Program-made: the position numbers and the translations under genes | NCBI GenBank assembly: GCA_963738405.1 | Contig: CAVTWJ010000008.1 | Span: 1-16,245, forward strand | Source: a candidate division FCPU426 bacterium | GTDB taxonomy: Bacteria > Oederibacteriota > Muellerivitia > Muellerivitales > Muellerivitaceae | Reading direction: 5' to 3' | DNA: 16,245 nt | The notes under the pieces: generated by a model | Seen by the model: the letters and a program-made list of their open reading frames with translations, nothing else | Database searches by the model: none | What the model was told of the DNA's origin: nothing | In this document: one piece after another, positions 15,037-16,245 of the stretch | Numbering within the stretch: the stretch's first letter is position 1 | How the letters are laid out: each line of letters begins with the position of its first letter

Positions 15037-16164
15037 ATGCCAACCCAATCCAAAACCCCCGCCTGGGCGGAAATTTCCATGAAGGCCCTGAAAAATAACT
15101 TCAAGGCTTTGGCCAAGATCGCCCAAGGTTCCCAAATTCTCCCGGTGATTAAGGCCAATGCCTATGGTCATGGGGCGGTTCCGGTTTCCCAGGCGCTTCT
15201 CCAAGCGGGGGCCAAGATGCTGGCGGTGGCCACTGTGCAGGAAGGGGCCGAATTGCGGGCCTTTGGCGTTGATGTCCCCATCTTGGTTTTGACCCCCACC
15301 TTAAAAGAAGAAATCCCGGACCTGTTAGATAACGCCCTGACTCCCCAGGTCAGTTCCCTCGGGGGTGCGATGGAATTGGCCCAGGCCGCCAAGAAAATGA
15401 AAAGCGGGCCGGTGCCCGTTCACGTCAAAATCGACACGGGTATGGGAAGGTTAGGCGTTAAGTTGAAGAGTGTCTTGGCTGAAATTCAGGCCATTCGAAA
15501 GGTTGAGGGGTTGAGGGTGGAAGCGGTCTATAGCCATCTCGCCACCGCCGATTGGACGGACCCCAAATACGCTTGGAAACAGATTACCCAATTCAACCAG
15601 GCCCTCGAAACCCTTCGGCAAAAAGAACGGTTTTTCCCCATGACCCATGTGGCCAATAGTGCGGCACTCCTCACTTATTTTCCTCAATCCGCCGGCACCT
15701 GGGTTCGACCCGGCATCGCCCTCTATGGCATCTATCCCAATCCCGCCTTCAAAAATAGGGTAGCGCTGATACCGGTGATGCAGGTAAAGGCGAAGATTAT
15801 TCATCTAAAAAAGATCGAAAAGGGCCAATCGGTCAGTTACGGGCGTACCTACACCGCCAAAAAACCTGTTTCCGTCGCCACAGTGGCTTTAGGCTACGCC
15901 GACGGGGTACACCGAAACCTTTCCAACAAGTGCGATTTCCTGGTGGGTGGAAAAAGAGTTCCTCAAATCGGGACGGTCTGCATGGATATGGTGATGCTGG
16001 ATGTTTCTAAAGTGAAGAACGTGAAGGTTGGGGATGAGGCGGTTTTCTTTGGCCGCCAGGGAAAGGCCCAAATCGGCGTGGAAGAACAGGCGTCCCTTGC
16101 GGGTACTATTTCTTATGAACTTTTATGCGCTGTGGGTGAAAGGGTCACCCGCGTTTATACTTAA
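15037..16164 (+). CDS. alr: Alanine racemase
   Basis: PLP lysine motif VIKANAYGHG, HVKIDTGMGRLG, YSHLATAD, VRPGIALYG, VSYG, GYADG, VCMD. Start reassigned to the ATG at 15037, after the dnaB stop. Confidence 0.97.
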   Translation: MPTQSKTPAWAEISMKALKNNFKALAKIAQGSQILPVIKANAYGHGAVPVSQALLQAGAKMLAVATVQEGAELRAFGVDVPILVLTPTLKEEIPDLLDNALTPQVSSLGGAMELAQAAKKMKSGPVPVHVKIDTGMGRLGVKLKSVLAEIQAIRKVEGLRVEAVYSHLATADWTDPKYAWKQITQFNQALETLRQKERFFPMTHVANSAALLTYFPQSAGTWVRPGIALYGIYPNPAFKNRVALIPVMQVKAKIIHLKKIEKGQSVSYGRTYTAKKPVSVATVALGYADGVHRNLSNKCDFLVGGKRVPQIGTVCMDMVMLDVSKVKNVKVGDEAVFFGRQGKAQIGVEEQASLAGTISYELLCAVGERVTRVYT

Positions 16165-16175
16165 AAACCCAAGAT

Positions 16176-16205
16176 TTCACCACCAAGACACCAAGAACGA
16201 CAAGG
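16176..16205 (+). repeat. Short CACCAAGA tandem, probably one arm of a dispersed palindromic intergenic repeat
   Basis: TTCAC-CACCAAGA-CACCAAGA-ACGACAAGG starting 11 nt after the alr stop. No partner arm inside the window. Confidence 0.45.
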
Positions 16206-16245
16206 CCAGGATTTGAAAACTCTTAAAACGTCTATATTTTTTTCA

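Overview
Bacterial chromosomal window, mostly housekeeping, with no mobile element, CRISPR array, rRNA or tRNA. Left to right: the 3' part of a large secreted surface protein (DUF11-like domains, a 280-residue strictly alternating Thr/Ser-X stalk, two FlgD-Ig-like repeats and a C-terminal domain resembling a type IX secretion sorting signal); a convergent minus-strand block (Bor-like/TPR lipoprotein, 65-aa small protein, class I aldolase fbaB, ArsC/Spx-family protein); a plus-strand block (orphan secreted FecR-domain protein, PfkB sugar kinase, PPi-dependent phosphofructokinase); a putative GT-C-like membrane protein; then rpsF-ssb-rpsR-DUF2232-rplI-dnaB-alr. The most notable non-coding signals are a ~220-nt leader of six consecutive hairpins before rpsF, four co-oriented DnaA-box-like 9-mers between rplI and dnaB, and one arm of a CACCAAGA repeat after alr. 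The best candidate for an undescribed system is export and surface display of Thr-X stalked proteins with T9SS-like tails in what seems not to be a Bacteroidota genome. All family calls are from motif recognition by eye; no searches were run.
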